NCBI GenBank assembly: GCA_963514005.1
Contig: OY740807.1
Coordinates: forward strand, 1,922,001 to 1,986,000
Reading direction: 5' to 3'
DNA length: 64,000 nucleotides
Origin: Raja brachyura
Taxonomy: Eukaryota
Shown piece by piece: positions 25,567 through 39,400 of the stretch (position 1 is the stretch's first letter; each line of letters opens with the position of its first letter). The notes beneath the pieces were generated by a model. The model searched no databases and was not told the DNA's origin. It worked only from the letters and a program-made list of their open reading frames with translations. The position numbers were made by a program, and so were the translations under genes.

Positions 25567-26282
25567 TATTTTATAGGAAACCGGTTGCTGATTGGATGTA
25601 ACCCCCTCAGAGACAGCGATTGCTTGGCCATTTCTTTCCTCATTTCAAAATCGTACTGTTCAGATTTTTCACACTTTTTTAACATAAATCGGAAGAAATA
25701 CGATACAATCGGACTAATTGGTAGGTATGCATTACTAGAACTGCTCTCACTGTGATTGGATCTACAAATCTAGACACAAATTTGTGCTCTCCACTGAAGA
25801 CCCACCATTACATGTATGAAATGTATGTTTACCACAACGAGGATGATTCGGTGGGGATTGAGATTGCCATAAAGAGACTAGTGTACAAGGATGAGAGGAT
25901 AAATGTGATCTGTGCAGGGGAGTGCAACTGTGAAATACTCAGTTAGAGAAGACATTGGTGGAGGTCATTGGGACTTGTGGTCTGTATGCCTGTCTGTCTC
26001 ATCACCTTGTGTAGCCTACTGCAGGCATTTAGATTTAACATCTCCAGTGCTGTATTCACCACCCCTCTTTTTAAATTGCTTTCCATGTTGTCTGACATTA
26101 GACTCTTATCCCATCCACTTCCAAACTGCTGAGGTAAATATTTTAATTACAGAGAGGACAAAATCCCAATTTCTGCACCACATAGACGCCCAATCTAAAA
26201 GTGAAGGGATGTAATTGATAATATCAATTGGACAAAGTGTTGGGGGCAGCCATCTTCTGCTTCAGTGAGGGAAGCTAGCCGA

Positions 26283-27718
26283 TGAAATCATTGGACAAAG
26301 TCAGCATGGATTTATGAAAGGTAAATCATATCTGACGAATCTTATAGAATTTTTCGAGGATGTAACTAGTAGAGTGGATAAGGGAGAACCAGTGGATGTG
26401 TTATATCTGGACTTTCAGAAGGCTTTCGACAAGGTCCCACATAAGAGATTAGTATGCAAACTTAAAGCACATGGTATTGGGGGTTCAGTATTGATGTGGA
26501 TAGAGAACTGGCTGGCAGACATGAAGCAAAGAGTAGGAGTAAACAGGTACTTTTCTGAACGGCAGTCAGTGACTAGTGGGGTACCGCAAGGCTCAGTGCT
26601 GGGAACCCAGCGATTTACAATATGTATTAATGATTTGGATGAGGGAATTGAATGCAACATCACCAAGTTTGTGGATGACATGAAGCTGGGCGGCAGTGTT
26701 AGCTGTGAGGAAGATCCTAGGAGGCTGCAAGCTAGTAGATAGGTTGGGTGAGTGGGAAAATGTATGGCAGATGCAGTATAATGTGGATAAATGTGAGGCT
26801 ATCCACTTTGGTGGCAACAACAGGAAAATAGACTAATATCTGAATGGTGGTCGATTAGTAAAAGGGGAGATGCAACGAGACCTGGGTGTCATGGTACACC
26901 AATCATTGAAAGTAGGCATGCAGCTGGAGCAGGCAGTGAAGAAAGCGAATGGTATGTTAGCATTCATAGCAAAAGGATTTGAGTATAGAAGTAGAGAGGT
27001 TCTACTGCAGTTTTACATGGTCTTGGTGCGACCACATCTGGAGTATTGCGTACAGTTTTGGTCTCCAAATCTGAGGAAAGACATTCTTGCCATTGAGGGA
27101 GTACAGAGAAGGTTAACATAGAAACATAGAAACATAGAAAATAGGTGCAGGAGGAGGCCATTCGGCCCTTCGAGCCAGCACCACCATTCATTGTGATCAT
27201 GGCTGATCGTCCATTATCGATAACCCGTGGTTCACCAGCCTGATTCCTGGGATGTCTGGACTTTCATATGAAGAAAGACTGGATAGACTCGGCTTGTACT
27301 CGCTAGAATTTAGAAGATTGAGGGGGAACCTTACAGAAACGTGCACAATTCTTAAGGGGTAGGACAGGCTAGATGCAGGACGATTGTTCACGATGTTGGG
27401 GAAGTCCAGAACAAGGGGTCACAGTTTAAGGATAAGGGGGAAATCTTTTAGGACCGAGATGAGAAAAACATTTTTCACACAGAGAGTGGTGGGTCTCTGG
27501 AATTCTCTGCCACAGTAGGTAGTTGAGGCCAGTTCATTGGCTATATTTAAGAGGGATTTATATGTGGCCCTTGTGACTAGAGGGATCAGGGGGTATGGAG
27601 AGGCACGTACAGGATACTGAGTTGGAAGATCAACCATGACCATATTGAGTGGCGGTGCAGGCTTGAAGGGCCGAATGGCCTACTGCTGCACCTATTTTCC
27701 ATGTTTCTATGTTTCTAT
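26283..27718 (+). mobile_element. CR1 family A, degenerate, with a nested antisense CR1 tail (27115-27228)
   Basis: RT motifs with stops. GGTT is duplicated around the nested tail. Confidence 0.92.
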
Positions 27719-28075
27719 ATTGGCCAATTTAGTATGTGGGAAAATGGAGGATTTCTGCCTTTGCAAAACCTGCTTGGCATCTTTTAGCAAAAGGCTGCAA
27801 ACACCACGAGGCTCCAGATGTCTGTGACCTGGGAGGAAGTACAGGGTGATGTCCAGATGTCCTCCATTTGAAAATATGTATGAGGGTTTTGCAGAAGGGG
27901 CTGGGTCCTGCTGTAAATGCATGATCAGGATTGGTTAAGGAGAGAGAGAGGTAGAAAGGAGAGGGAGAGAGAGAGAGAGAGAGAGAGAAAGAGATTGAGA
28001 GAATCTTTCCTTGCTACTAAATGACTTTGCTCCCAAAGGAAACTGTCTTCCATTTAGAAGCTCCTGTGGAAACAA

Positions 28076-28461
28076 TGTAATGGGGTATTTTGTGACTGGA
28101 TTAGGGAACTGTCAATTAATGTATTCTATAATCTTTATTTGTGTTTGGCTCGTAGGGCTTGCCTGCCCCCCCCCCCCCCCCCTTTATATATCTCATGCCA
28201 CGGGTCCGATATGGAATAAAAGAGGAGAGACCACGTGAGACTGAGTCGATCTTCTTGGACCATGCTGACTATCTGGAGGTGTCTACTCGCATGAGGCGGA
28301 AGGGCGTGGATGAATATAGAGAAGGATCGCACCCACGGTGTTGGTTAGGTATCGTATAGGAAGTGTTTTTGTGTTTGAGAAGTGAAGAAGTTAGTTGACC
28401 TAGAGCTTGACTCAGTGTTTTACTGAACCAGACTAACTGTGAGATTAGGAGCTAAATTACA
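28076..28461. mobile_element. Candidate solo LTR
   Basis: TGTAAT...ATTACA termini, 386 bp, internal TATA-like and AATAAA motifs. No TSD was found. Confidence 0.35.
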
Positions 28462-30499
28462 TAATGCCGTAAAAGGGGCAGTGGAGGTTCAGTGGGGCAA
28501 GCTGAGAGCTGAGAGTCAAGGCAGCCAAACCACTGTGGGTAGTTGGAGAGTGCAGAGATATGAAGATTTAAAGTGAGACCATAGATGAAGAAGAGCAAAG
28601 GTTTCAGAGGGTTGCAGGACTGGAAGAGGTTCCAGAGAAAGAGAGGGGATGAAGGCCCACGAGTGATTTGAACATGAGGTTGAGAATGCTAAAACTGAGT
28701 CAGGGAACTGGTGGAGCAAAGCATTAACACACACACTGTTCATTGCCCGGTGACCAGGAAGAGAAGGCTCCAATGTCCACAGTTTGTGACCAGTGAGGCC
28801 CACTAATCAGCTCGCAGATCCAGAGCCACAAGAAACTGCAAGTGCTGGAATCATGGGTAAAACACAGAGTGCTGGAGTAACTCAACATTTCAGGCAGCAT
28901 CTCTGGAGGACATGATGTTTCGGGTTGGGTCCCTTCAGACTGACTGTAGAAGGAGTGAGAAAGCTGGAAGAGAGGCTGCAGATCCACATAGGAAAGGCAG
29001 AGACCAAGCACCTGTTAATTTGATACAATCACCACTTTCTCCATGTCTCCAAATTAACCTGAAAAGCACAAGAGAAGCCTATGAATAAACAAGATATTGC
29101 AGAAACTGGTTTACACAAAAGGACACAAAGTGCTGCAGTGACCCAGTGGTTCAGGCAACATCTCTGGAGAACATAGAGAGTTGATGCTTCGAATCGGGAC
29201 CCTTCTTCACACTGGAAAGCCAATGAGATGACCTCTCTTTGTGCTGAACTCCAGCAAGTACGGATAGACACTGCTTCACGGGTCCTTAATCTCAGGTGCC
29301 AACTTTTATATGGAACACAAAATTTACAGAAGCTGGAATTCCGAGACAAAGATGGACCATGCTAGGAATCATCAGCAGCTCAGGCAACTAATGTGGAGAG
29401 AGAAGCAGAGCTGAGACATTTCACTTGCTCCCCAGGAGATGCTTCCCGACGAGCCGAGTACTGTAAACCCTCGTTCTAATGTAGCCCGTTATAATGGACT
29501 TCGGATACAGCGGACGGACCTGCTGACACCATCCAGGCTCATACCATCTCACCAGCCGTTCAGAGCCCCGGCATCCAACCCCACCTCCAACTTGCAAGGT
29601 GCACTAGAGAGCCCTTCTTCACCTACAGCAAGGTCTGGGTGACGCATCTGTTGTTGGGACTCACCATGTAATGCTTTCTTTGGGCAGCTGCCTCTGACAG
29701 ATACTTTCAGTCACTGACTATGGGGCTCTCACCTGCTACTGCTTCTTGTGTTGGCGGTACATTTGTCCACTCCCGTGTCGATGGCCACTGCCCACTTGGC
29801 CTCTCCCCCACCCCCACCAGATACTCATTATTTCCCCCCACAGTCACCAACATACTCAAATTTGGAGGCAGCAACAGGTCAGCCTCACGGTGACAGAAGG
29901 CGTATTGTCGTTGGCAGCAGCCTGAAAAAAGCGTTGTCGGCCAGCACGACAACATGAGCCACAATAACAGCCACGCCAAGAAGGGCTCGCTGATGAAGAC
30001 CAGTTGCATTGGCGCCAAGCTTTAAGGTCTAACGACACAAAATGCTGGACTGACTCAGCAGACTGAATCAGTGTGAAGAAGGCTCCCGATGTCTCCTACC
30101 CATGTTCTCCAGAGACGCTGCCTGACCTGCTTTGCAAATCTGTGTACTGTCCCATTGAAGTCCACTAATCTTACATCCCACCAACGCATTTCAATGCTTA
30201 TTAATTATTGTGATTATGTATAGTATGATTTTACTGAATTGTATGCAAAATAAACAATTTCACTCTACGCTGGTACACGTGACAATAATAAACCTAAACT
30301 TGTCCCTTTAGCTGCAGTCGCATCCACAGGCAGGAGATCACGACCAGACCCACACTTCCATCCCGGGACGGCTGCGGCCGGTCCCATCTTTCACCCCCGG
30401 CTCCCATCCTGTCTCTTCCCACCTCTGCCGAACACACCAGGACCTGCAATCTAAGATACCTCTGCTGCGCAACACTACTCAGGGCCCTCCGATTTGATA

Positions 30500-31435
30500 C
30501 TCAAGGTAAAGGGAACATTAGGAGGTCGCGATCACAACATGACAAGTTTTAATTTGCAAATTGAGAGGGAGAAGGTGAAATCGGATATGTCGGTATTGCA
30601 GCTGAGCAAAGGGGATTACAACGGCACGAGGAGGAGCTGGCAAAAGTTGACTGGAAAGAGACCCTAGCATGGGTGACGGTGGAACAGCAATGGCAGGAAT
30701 TTCTGGGAATAATCCGAAAGATGCAGGATCTTTTTATTCAAAAGAGGAAGAACGTTTCAGGGGGAGAAAGAGGCGATCATGGCTGACAAGGGAAGTCAAG
30801 GACAGTATAAAAGATAAAGAGAAGGCATATAGCAAAGATTAATAGGAAACCAAATGATTGGGGAGCTTTTAAAGAACAACAGAAGGTAATTAAAAAGGCA
30901 ATACGGGAGAAAAGGTGAAATACGAAAGTAAGCTAACCAATAATATAAAAGAGGATAGGAAGAGTTTCTTCAGTTATATAAAGAGTAAGAAAGAGGCTAG
31001 AGTGGAAGTTGTGCCGCTGGAAAATGATACAGGAGAAGTGATAATGGGGAATAAAGAAATGTCAACTTTGTTGCTGCAGTCTTCACAGTGGTGACACCAG
31101 CAACGTGCTTGAAATTCAAGAGAGTCAGGTGTTGAACTTTGTGGAGCGGCTATTACTCAGAACAAGGTACTTGGGAAGCTGAAAGGGCTGAAGGTGGATA
31201 GGTCACCTGGACCAGATGGACTGCACCCTAGGGTCCTGAAAGACGTGGGTTTATTGTGGAAGCATTGACAGTGATATTTCAAGAATCACCATAGACAGGA
31301 GAGGTCTCAGATGATTGGAAAATTGCCAATATTACCCCGCTGCACAACAAGGGAGCAAAGCAGAATGGTGGGAACTATTGGCCAGTTAGTCTGACTTCAG
31401 TAGTTGGTAAATTTTTAGAGTCCTTTATAAAGGAG
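30500..31435 (+). mobile_element. Degenerate CR1 ORF2 linker/RT fragment
   Basis: SPGPDGLHPRVLK and PVSLTSVVGK motifs with frameshifts. Confidence 0.85.
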
Positions 31436-34019
31436 TCAATCTGCATTCTCCATCCTCAGCCCTCTAGCACAGCTGATCAAGAGCCTGTTGTAATGTTTGA
31501 CAACAATCTGACATTGACCAGTGGCTCTGGCAGTACAGATTCCACCGAGGCTTCTACACTGAGGAATTCGGGTGCCTGGGGATTATGCGACAGCGACGTG
31601 GAGAGAGTCACCCGTGATTGTAGCAAGTGAAGGAACAGGCCCATTGTTGCTCTTCTCTGATGTGACCTGGAATGAAGCATTGACTGAATTCCTTGGATCA
31701 CCGTTATGTCCATCGGTGAGCGCGGAGTGTGCGAGTGAGGTGTCCGTGGATAGAGGCCATGAGCCCCTGATCCCCCCCCCCCCCCCCCCCCCGGGTCGTT
31801 GTGATATCCTAATATTTCCCTGCTGCTGATCCCAGTCCCCGCTCCTCCCGAATATTATATATTTATCACAGCTGGAAACCTCGGCGATTTCTCTCTCCCG
31901 CAGCGAGCTCTTTCGCAATTATTATCAAATGAACTTACTATCAATTAAAATATTGAAGTTCATCGCTTGAAAGAGCAATGAACTGCAATTAATGAAAATA
32001 TTTTTTAAAGACGACATTTCAGGTTCATCGTCTTCCGGAGATTGCAGTTTCTTAATGTTAAATCATTTTTCAAAATGCTCCCCCACGTCTCCCTCCTCCC
32101 TCACAGGGTCCCAGCGACCGCGACACCTGCACCGCTTCACAAACAACCAAAAACAGCATCGATTTGTATAACGGCAGCTAAATAAAGACCGCGCCAACAC
32201 CGGCCGGGTCCCCGTGGGGAAATGACGAGAACGCAGCTGCATCAGCGCCGCTCAAACACACGGGCTGGCGCCTGGGCTGCTCGGCCCATGGACCGTCGGC
32301 AATGTGGTGGTGACTGGACACAATGAGACTGATGGAGGGAGACATATTCCAGTTCATAATTCAACCGAGTTATCGATTTCAAGTCCCAGCCCATCAGCTT
32401 CCACATCAATGTAATCCTTCTCAAAAACCCATGCTCTCTAATACTTCATTTTCCCACCCCGGAATAAAGACTCTGCATTCACACTATCTATCCGCCTCAT
32501 GATTATATAACTCTCTATAGGGTCACCCCTCAGCCTTTTGTGTTCCAAGGAATTTGGCCCTAACCTGCTCAACCTCTCCATGTAACTCGGGCACTCCAGT
32601 TCTTCCAACACCCTTGTGACTCTCGATGCACTTTTTCCAGCTTAATTAACATGTTTCCAACATAAAAATGACCAAGTCTGGACACGACTCACCTATTGTG
32701 GTCTCATCAACGTGTCTTGCAAATGTCAGATACTAACTTCTATACTTGACTGATGCAGGACAATGTTCCGAAAGCTTCCTTGACCACCCAGTCTACTTGT
32801 GACATTACTGTTATGGAACCATGTACCTGTACTCCCTCTGCTCAACAACACTTCATATTTACCGGTTACACCAATTTTAAGGAATTGTGCTCTCCAACCA
32901 CCCCCCACCACCCCCAACCCCCGGGCCTTCATTGTGAACCTCCTGCCCTAGATGGTCTTCCCAAAATGCAACGCATTGCAGTTATGTACATTGCGCTCCA
33001 TTTGAAGTTCTTCAGAGCATTTGACAAGTTGATCAAGATCCTGTTTAAACCCCTGATAACCCCCTCAATGTCAGCATTACCAGCTATTTTGTGGCATCTG
33101 CAATGTGACTAATCATGCCTTATACATTCCTATGCATATTTGACAACTCCGACACCGAGGCACGAGAGAACACAGAGTGTTTGGGACAAGCTTCTAACAT
33201 ACCCTAAACTGCAATAGGTTAAGAGAGACTATTTAATCAATCAAGACGACCCAAGCTGCTTTGTTGTTATCGGGAAATGCGGGTGCCAGGACACACGGGA
33301 AGGCACCCGAACAGTTTACCAAACGCTCCGGTCGAAATGTGGTCTCAAAGAGTATGTTACTGGAACACAGGGAGGTGCAGAGGTTAAGAAAACTCAAGGG
33401 CTCACGACTATCTCAGCCGAAGGCAGGAACGCTCATGGCGGCCGCGGTTAGATTTGGGACCCAATCATTGTGAATGAGGCGAAGCGGAGGTGTTGGTGCT
33501 TGTGGGGCTGCAGGAGGGAGGTTCCTGGGTCTGGGTCGGGGGTTCTGTGGAGGGCTGAGGGCAATGGGTGCGGTACTCCCGATAATTAACTGTAGGGAAC
33601 TTCACTCATGATGATCGCATCATGATGTTCATCCATCGGTATAGAGATGGTGAAGGGGTGAAGGGTGGTGGTGATTCACGGAGTTACGGTGAAAACCGAA
33701 ACACAGTTGTCCAAGTGTAACGGCTCTTCTCAGAATAGACGACTGGCTCTCAGAACAACCCGTTCTCTGCCACAGAAGGTAGTTGAGGCCAGTTCATTGG
33801 CTATATTTAAGAGGGCGTTAGATGTGGCACTTGTGGCTAAAGGGATCAGGGGATATGGAGAGAGGGCAGGTACGGGATACTGAGTTGGATGATCAGCCAT
33901 GATAACATTGAATGGCGGTGCAGGCTCGAAGGGCCGAATGGCCTACTCCTGCACCTATTTTCTATGTTTCTATGTACAAGAGCTGTCGTAATCCACCCGT
34001 TTTAATGATATATCTTGAT

Positions 34020-34310
34020 CAGTTTAGATTCGTTCAGTTTAGAGATAAAGCGCAGAAACAAGCCCTTTGGCCCATTGGGTCCGCGCCAACCAGCGATCTC
34101 CACTATCCTACACCCACTAGGGACAATTTTTACATTTACCAAGCCAATTAACCTACAAACATGTACGTCTTTGGAGTGTGGGGGGATACCGAAGCTCTCG
34201 GAGAAAACCAATGCAGGTCACGGGGAGAACATACAAACTCCGTACAGACAGAACCCGTAGTCGGGATCGATCCCGGGTCTCCGGCAGGAACTCTGCCGCT
34301 GCTACACCGT
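34020..34310 (-). mobile_element. HE1/V-SINE-like SINE
   Basis: V-domain-like GGAGTTTGTATGTTCTCCCCGTG on the minus strand and a CR1-like 3' tail. Homologous to the copies at 36105, 49066 and 49523. Confidence 0.8.
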
Positions 34311-34634
34311 GAGTCCGTGGGCTGAGGACAATGGGTGCGGTGCTCCCGCGCTCTTTTAGTGAGGAGGAACTTATTTCGTCATTTGTGGAACTCCTTGCCA
34401 CCGAGGGCTGTGGAGTCCATGTCCAGTGGGCATTTTTAAGGCAGAGGTTGACACATTTTGATTACAATGGGTGTCAATGGTTATGGGGAAAAGGCAGGAA
34501 ATGGGATTAGTAGGCAGACATCAGACTGAATTAAATGGCGGATTAGACTCGATGGGCCCAATGCCTTAAATTTATTCTGATAATTCATCTCCTTAACTCC
34601 AGCCCACGGGTGTGTAACATGAAGATATACCAAG

Positions 34635-36077
34635 GTCTCTGCACCTGTGGATTGGAAGATAGCTACTGTTATCCCACTTTTTAAGAAGAGGGAGAGAGAA
34701 AACAGGACATTATAGAGCAGTTAGCCTGTCATCAGTGGTGGGGAAGATGCTGGAGTCAATCAATAAAGATGTAATAGCGGCGCATTTGGATAGCAGTAAC
34801 AGGATCGGTCCAAGTCACCATGGATTTATGAAGGGGAAATCTTGCTTGTGTAATTTTCTATAATTTTTTCAGGATGTATCAAGAAATATGGATAAGGGAG
34901 AGCCAGTGGATGTAGTGTATCTGGACTTTCGGAAAGGCTTTGACAGGGTCCTACACAGGAGATTAGTGGGCACAATTAGAACATAAGGTATTGGGGGTAG
35001 GGTATTGACATGGAAAGAAAATTGGTTGGCAGACAGGAAACAAAGAGTAGGAATTAACGTGTCCCTTTCAGAATGACACGCAGTGACTAGAGGGGTGCCG
35101 CAAGGCTCTGTGCTGGGACCGCAGCTATTTGCAATATGTATAAATGAGTTAGATGAAGGAATTAAAAGTAACATTAGCAAATGTGCAGATATCACAAAGC
35201 TGGGTGGCAGTGTGAACTGTGAAGAGGATGCTATGAGGATGCAGGGTGACTTGGATAGGTTGGGTGAGTGGACAGATGCAGTATAATGTGGATAAATGTG
35301 TGTTTATACACTTTGGTGGCAAGAACAAGAAGGCAGATTACCATCTGAATGTCGTCAGAATGTTGCAGGATAAGGGGAAGTGCAACGAGACCTGGATGTC
35401 CTTGTACACCAGTCACTGAAAGTAAGCATGCAGACACATCAGGCAGTGAAGAACGCTAATGGCATGTTGGCCTACATAACGAGAGGTTTTGAGTATAGGA
35501 GCAAAGAGGTCCTCCTGCAGTTGTACAGGGCCCCTGTGAGACCACCCCTGGAGTATTGCGTGCAGTTTTGGTCTCCTAAATTGAGGAATGCCATTCTTCC
35601 TAGTGAGTGCAGCGTAGGTTCACGAGGTTAATTCCCGGGATGGCGGGACTGTCATATGATGAAAGAATTGGACGACTGGGCTTGTATTTACTGGAGTTTA
35701 GAAGGATGAGAGAGGATCTTATAAAAACATATACAATTATTAAGGGATTGGACAAGCTAGATGCAGAGAACATGTTCCCGATGTTGGGGGAGTCCAGAAC
35801 CAGGGGCCACAGTTTAAGAATATGCGGTAGGTCATTTACACCGGAGATGAGGAAAAACGTTTTCACCCTGAGTGTTGCGAATTTGTGGAATTCTCTGCCT
35901 CAAAAGGCAGTGGAGGCCGATTCACTGGATACATTGAAAATAGATTTATATAGGGCTCTTAGGTTTAACGGAATCAAGGGATATGGGGAGATGGGGAGAG
36001 AATGGGGAGAAGGCAGGAACGGGGTACTGAATATGGATGATCAGCCATGATCCCATTGAATGGCGGTGCTGGCTCGA
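34635..36077 (+). mobile_element. CR1 LINE, degenerate RT and 3' end
   Basis: GVPQGSVLGPQLF and RPPLEYCVQFWSP motifs with multiple lesions. Confidence 0.9.
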
Positions 36078-36104
36078 ATTGCTTGGTTTATACAATACAT
36101 ATTT

Positions 36105-36388
36105 TAGTTAGTTTTCTTTAGAGACACGTCCCTTCGGCCCAGAGAGTCCGCACCGACCAGTGACCTCCGCACACTTACACTATCCTACACACACTGGGGA
36201 CAATTTACATTTATACCAAACCAATTAACCTACAAATCTCTATGCTTTTGGATTATGGGAGGAAACAAAAGATCGAGAGGAAAACCTACGCAGCTCGTGG
36301 GGAGAACGTACTAATTCCGTACAGACAAGTATCCGTAGTCAGGATCGAACCCGGGTCTCTGGCAGTAGCTCAACTGCCACGCCACCCC
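36105..36388 (-). mobile_element. HE1/V-SINE-like SINE
   Basis: Homologous to 34020-34310. Confidence 0.75.
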
Positions 36389-36412
36389 TGGATTGAATGG
36401 ATTTTAGATATA

Positions 36413-39400
36413 CAGTGGCTTGCAAAAGTTTTCATACGCCTTGAACTTTTCCACATTTTGTCACGTTACAACCACAAACGTAAACGTATTTTATTGGGAT
36501 TTTATGTGATAGACCAACACAAAGTGGTGCATAATTGTGAAGTGGAAGGAAAATGATACATGGTTTCCAAATTTTATTACAAATATAAAACTGAAAGTGT
36601 GGTGTGCAAAAGTATTCTGCGCCCCTGAGTCAATACTTTGTAGAGCCACCTTTTGCTGCAATTAGAGCTGCAAGTCTTTTGGGGGGTATGTCTCTACCAG
36701 CTTTGCACATCTAGAGACTGAAATTTTTGCCCATTCTTCTTTGCAAAATAGCTCAAGCTATTGGATGGAGAGCGTCTGTGAACAGCAATTTTCAAGTCTA
36801 GCCAGAGATTCTCAATTGGATTTAGGTCTGGACTTTGACTGGGCCATTCGAACACATGAATATGCTTTGATCTAAACCTTTCCATTGTAGCTCCGGCTGT
36901 ATGTTTAGGGTCGTTGTCCTGCTGGAAGGTGAACCTCCGCCCCAGTCTCAAGTCTTTTGCAGACTCCAACAGGTTTTCTTCCAAGATTGCCCTGTAACCA
37001 TGTAACCATATAACCATATAACAATTACAGCACGGAAACAGGCCTTCTCGGCCCTTCCAGTCCGTGCCGAACATTTATTTTCCCCTAGTCCCATCTACCT
37101 GCAATCAGACCATACCCCTCTATTCCCTTCCCGTCCATATACCTATCCACTTTACTTTTAAATGTTAAAATCGATCCTGCCTCCACCATTTCTGCTGGAA
37201 GATCATTCCACACAGCCACCACTCTCTGAGTAAAGAAGTTCCCCCTCATGTTACCCCTAAACTTCTGTCCCTTCATTCTCATGTCATGCCCTCTTGTTTG
37301 AATCTTCCCTACCCTCAGTGGGAAAAGCTTATCCACGTCAACTGTCTATCCCTTTAATCATTTTAAAGACCTCAATCAAGTCCCCACTTAACCTTCTGCG
37401 CTCCAAAGAATAAAGACCTAACTTGTTCAACCTTTCTCTGTAATTTAGTTGCTGGAACCCAGGCAACATTCTAGTAAATCTCCTCTGTACTTTCTCTATT
37501 TTGTTGACATCCTTCCTATAATTAGGCGACCAAAATTGTACACCATATTCCAGAATTGGTCTCACCAATGCCTTGTACAATTTTAACATTACTTCCCTAC
37601 TCCGATATTCAATGCTCTGATTTATAAAGGCCAGCACACTAAAAGCTTTCTTTACCACCCTATCTACATGCGATTCCACCTTCAGGGAACTATGCACAGT
37701 TATTCCTAGATCCCTCTGTTCCACAGCATTCCTTAATTCCCTACCATTTACCATGTACGTCCTATTTTGATTTGTCCTGCCAAGATGTAGCACCTCACAC
37801 TTATCAGCTTTAAACTGCATCTGCCATCTTTCAGCCCACTCTTCCAAATGGCCCAAATCTCTCTGTAGACTTTGAAAATCTACTTCATTATCCACAACAC
37901 CACCTATCTTAGTATCATCTGCATACTTACTTATCCAATTTTCCACCCCATTATCCAGATCATTGATGTACATTACAAACAACAGTGAACCCAACACAGA
38001 TCCCTGAGGCACCTCAATGTTCACCGGCTTCCAACCTGACAAACAGCCATCCACCATTACTCTCTGGCATCTCCCATTCAGCCAATGTTGAATCCATCTT
38101 GCTACTCCGCCATTAACAGCCCAAGATTGAACCTGCATAACCAACCTTCCATGAGGAAACTTGTCAAAGGCCTTACTGAAATCCATATAGACAACATCCA
38201 ATGCTTTACCCTCATCAATTTCCCTAGTAACCTCTTCAAAAAATTCAAGAAGTTTTGTCAAACATGACCTTCCAGGCACAAATCCATGTTGACTGTTCCT
38301 GATCAGACCCTGTTTATCCAGATGCTTATATATATTATCTCTAAGTATCCTTTACATTAAGTTGCCCACCACTGACGTCAAACTAACAGGTCTATAATTG
38401 CTGGGTTTATTCTTTGAACCCTTTTTAAACAATGGAACAACATGCGCAGTACGCCAATCCTCCGGCACTATTCCCATTTCTAATGACATTTGAAATATTT
38501 CTGTCATAGCCCCTGCTATTTCTACACTGACTTCCCTCAATGTCCTAGGGAATATCCTGTCAGGACCTGGAGACTTATCCACTTTTATATTTTTCAAAAG
38601 TGTCAGTACTTCCTCCTCTTTGAATCTCATAGTTTCCATAGCTACTCTACTTTTTTCCCGTACCTCACAGAGTTCAATATCCTTCTCCTTGGTGAATACC
38701 GAAGAAAAGAAATTGTTTAATATCTCCCCCATCTCTTTTGGCTCTGTAGATAGCTGTGCATTCTGGCTCTCTAATGGTCCAATTTTATCCCTCGTTATCC
38801 TTTTGCTAATTATATAGCTGTAGAAACCCTTTGGATTTACTTTCAACTTTCTTGCCAAAGCAACCTCTTAGCTTTTCTAATTTCTTTCTTAAGATTCTTT
38901 TTATACTCTTTATGCTCCTCTAGCACCTCATTTAGTCCATGCCTCCTATAATAATTGTAGATATCTCTCTTTTTCGAACCAAGTGTCCAATTTCCCTTGA
39001 AAACCATGGCTCTTTCCAATTTTTACTATTTCCTTTCAACCGAAGAGGGACATAAAGATTCTGTACTCTTACAATTTCCCCTTTAAATGTCCTCCATTTC
39101 TCTTCTACATCCTTCCCATAAAACAAAATGTCCCAATTCACTCCTTTTAAATCATTATGCATTCCCTCAAAGTTAGCCTTTCTCCAATCAAAAATCTCAA
39201 CCCTAGGTCCAGTTCTGACTCTTTCCATAATTATATTGAAACTAATGGTATTGTAATCACTGGTCCCAAAGTGCTCACCAACGCATACCTCTGTCACCTG
39301 ACCTGCCTCATTTCCTAACAGGAGGTCCAGCACTGCCCCTTCTCTGGTCGATACCTCTATGTATTGCTGCAAAAAACTATCTGCACACATTTTACAAACT

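Larger units (their letters stand above)
19238..25729. mobile_element. Non-autonomous DNA transposon with short TIRs and 6-bp TSD, expanded by nested insertions
   Basis: Left end CATACCTGCCAA, right end TTGGTAGGTATG (11/12 inverted match). CATTAC immediately flanks both ends (19232-19237 and 25730-25735). Confidence 0.75.

Noticed and set aside
31840-32290. CpG-rich unique stretch as an exon or promoter of another gene
   Set aside because: No consistent splice pair with a recognisable reading frame; cannot be supported without conservation or expression data.
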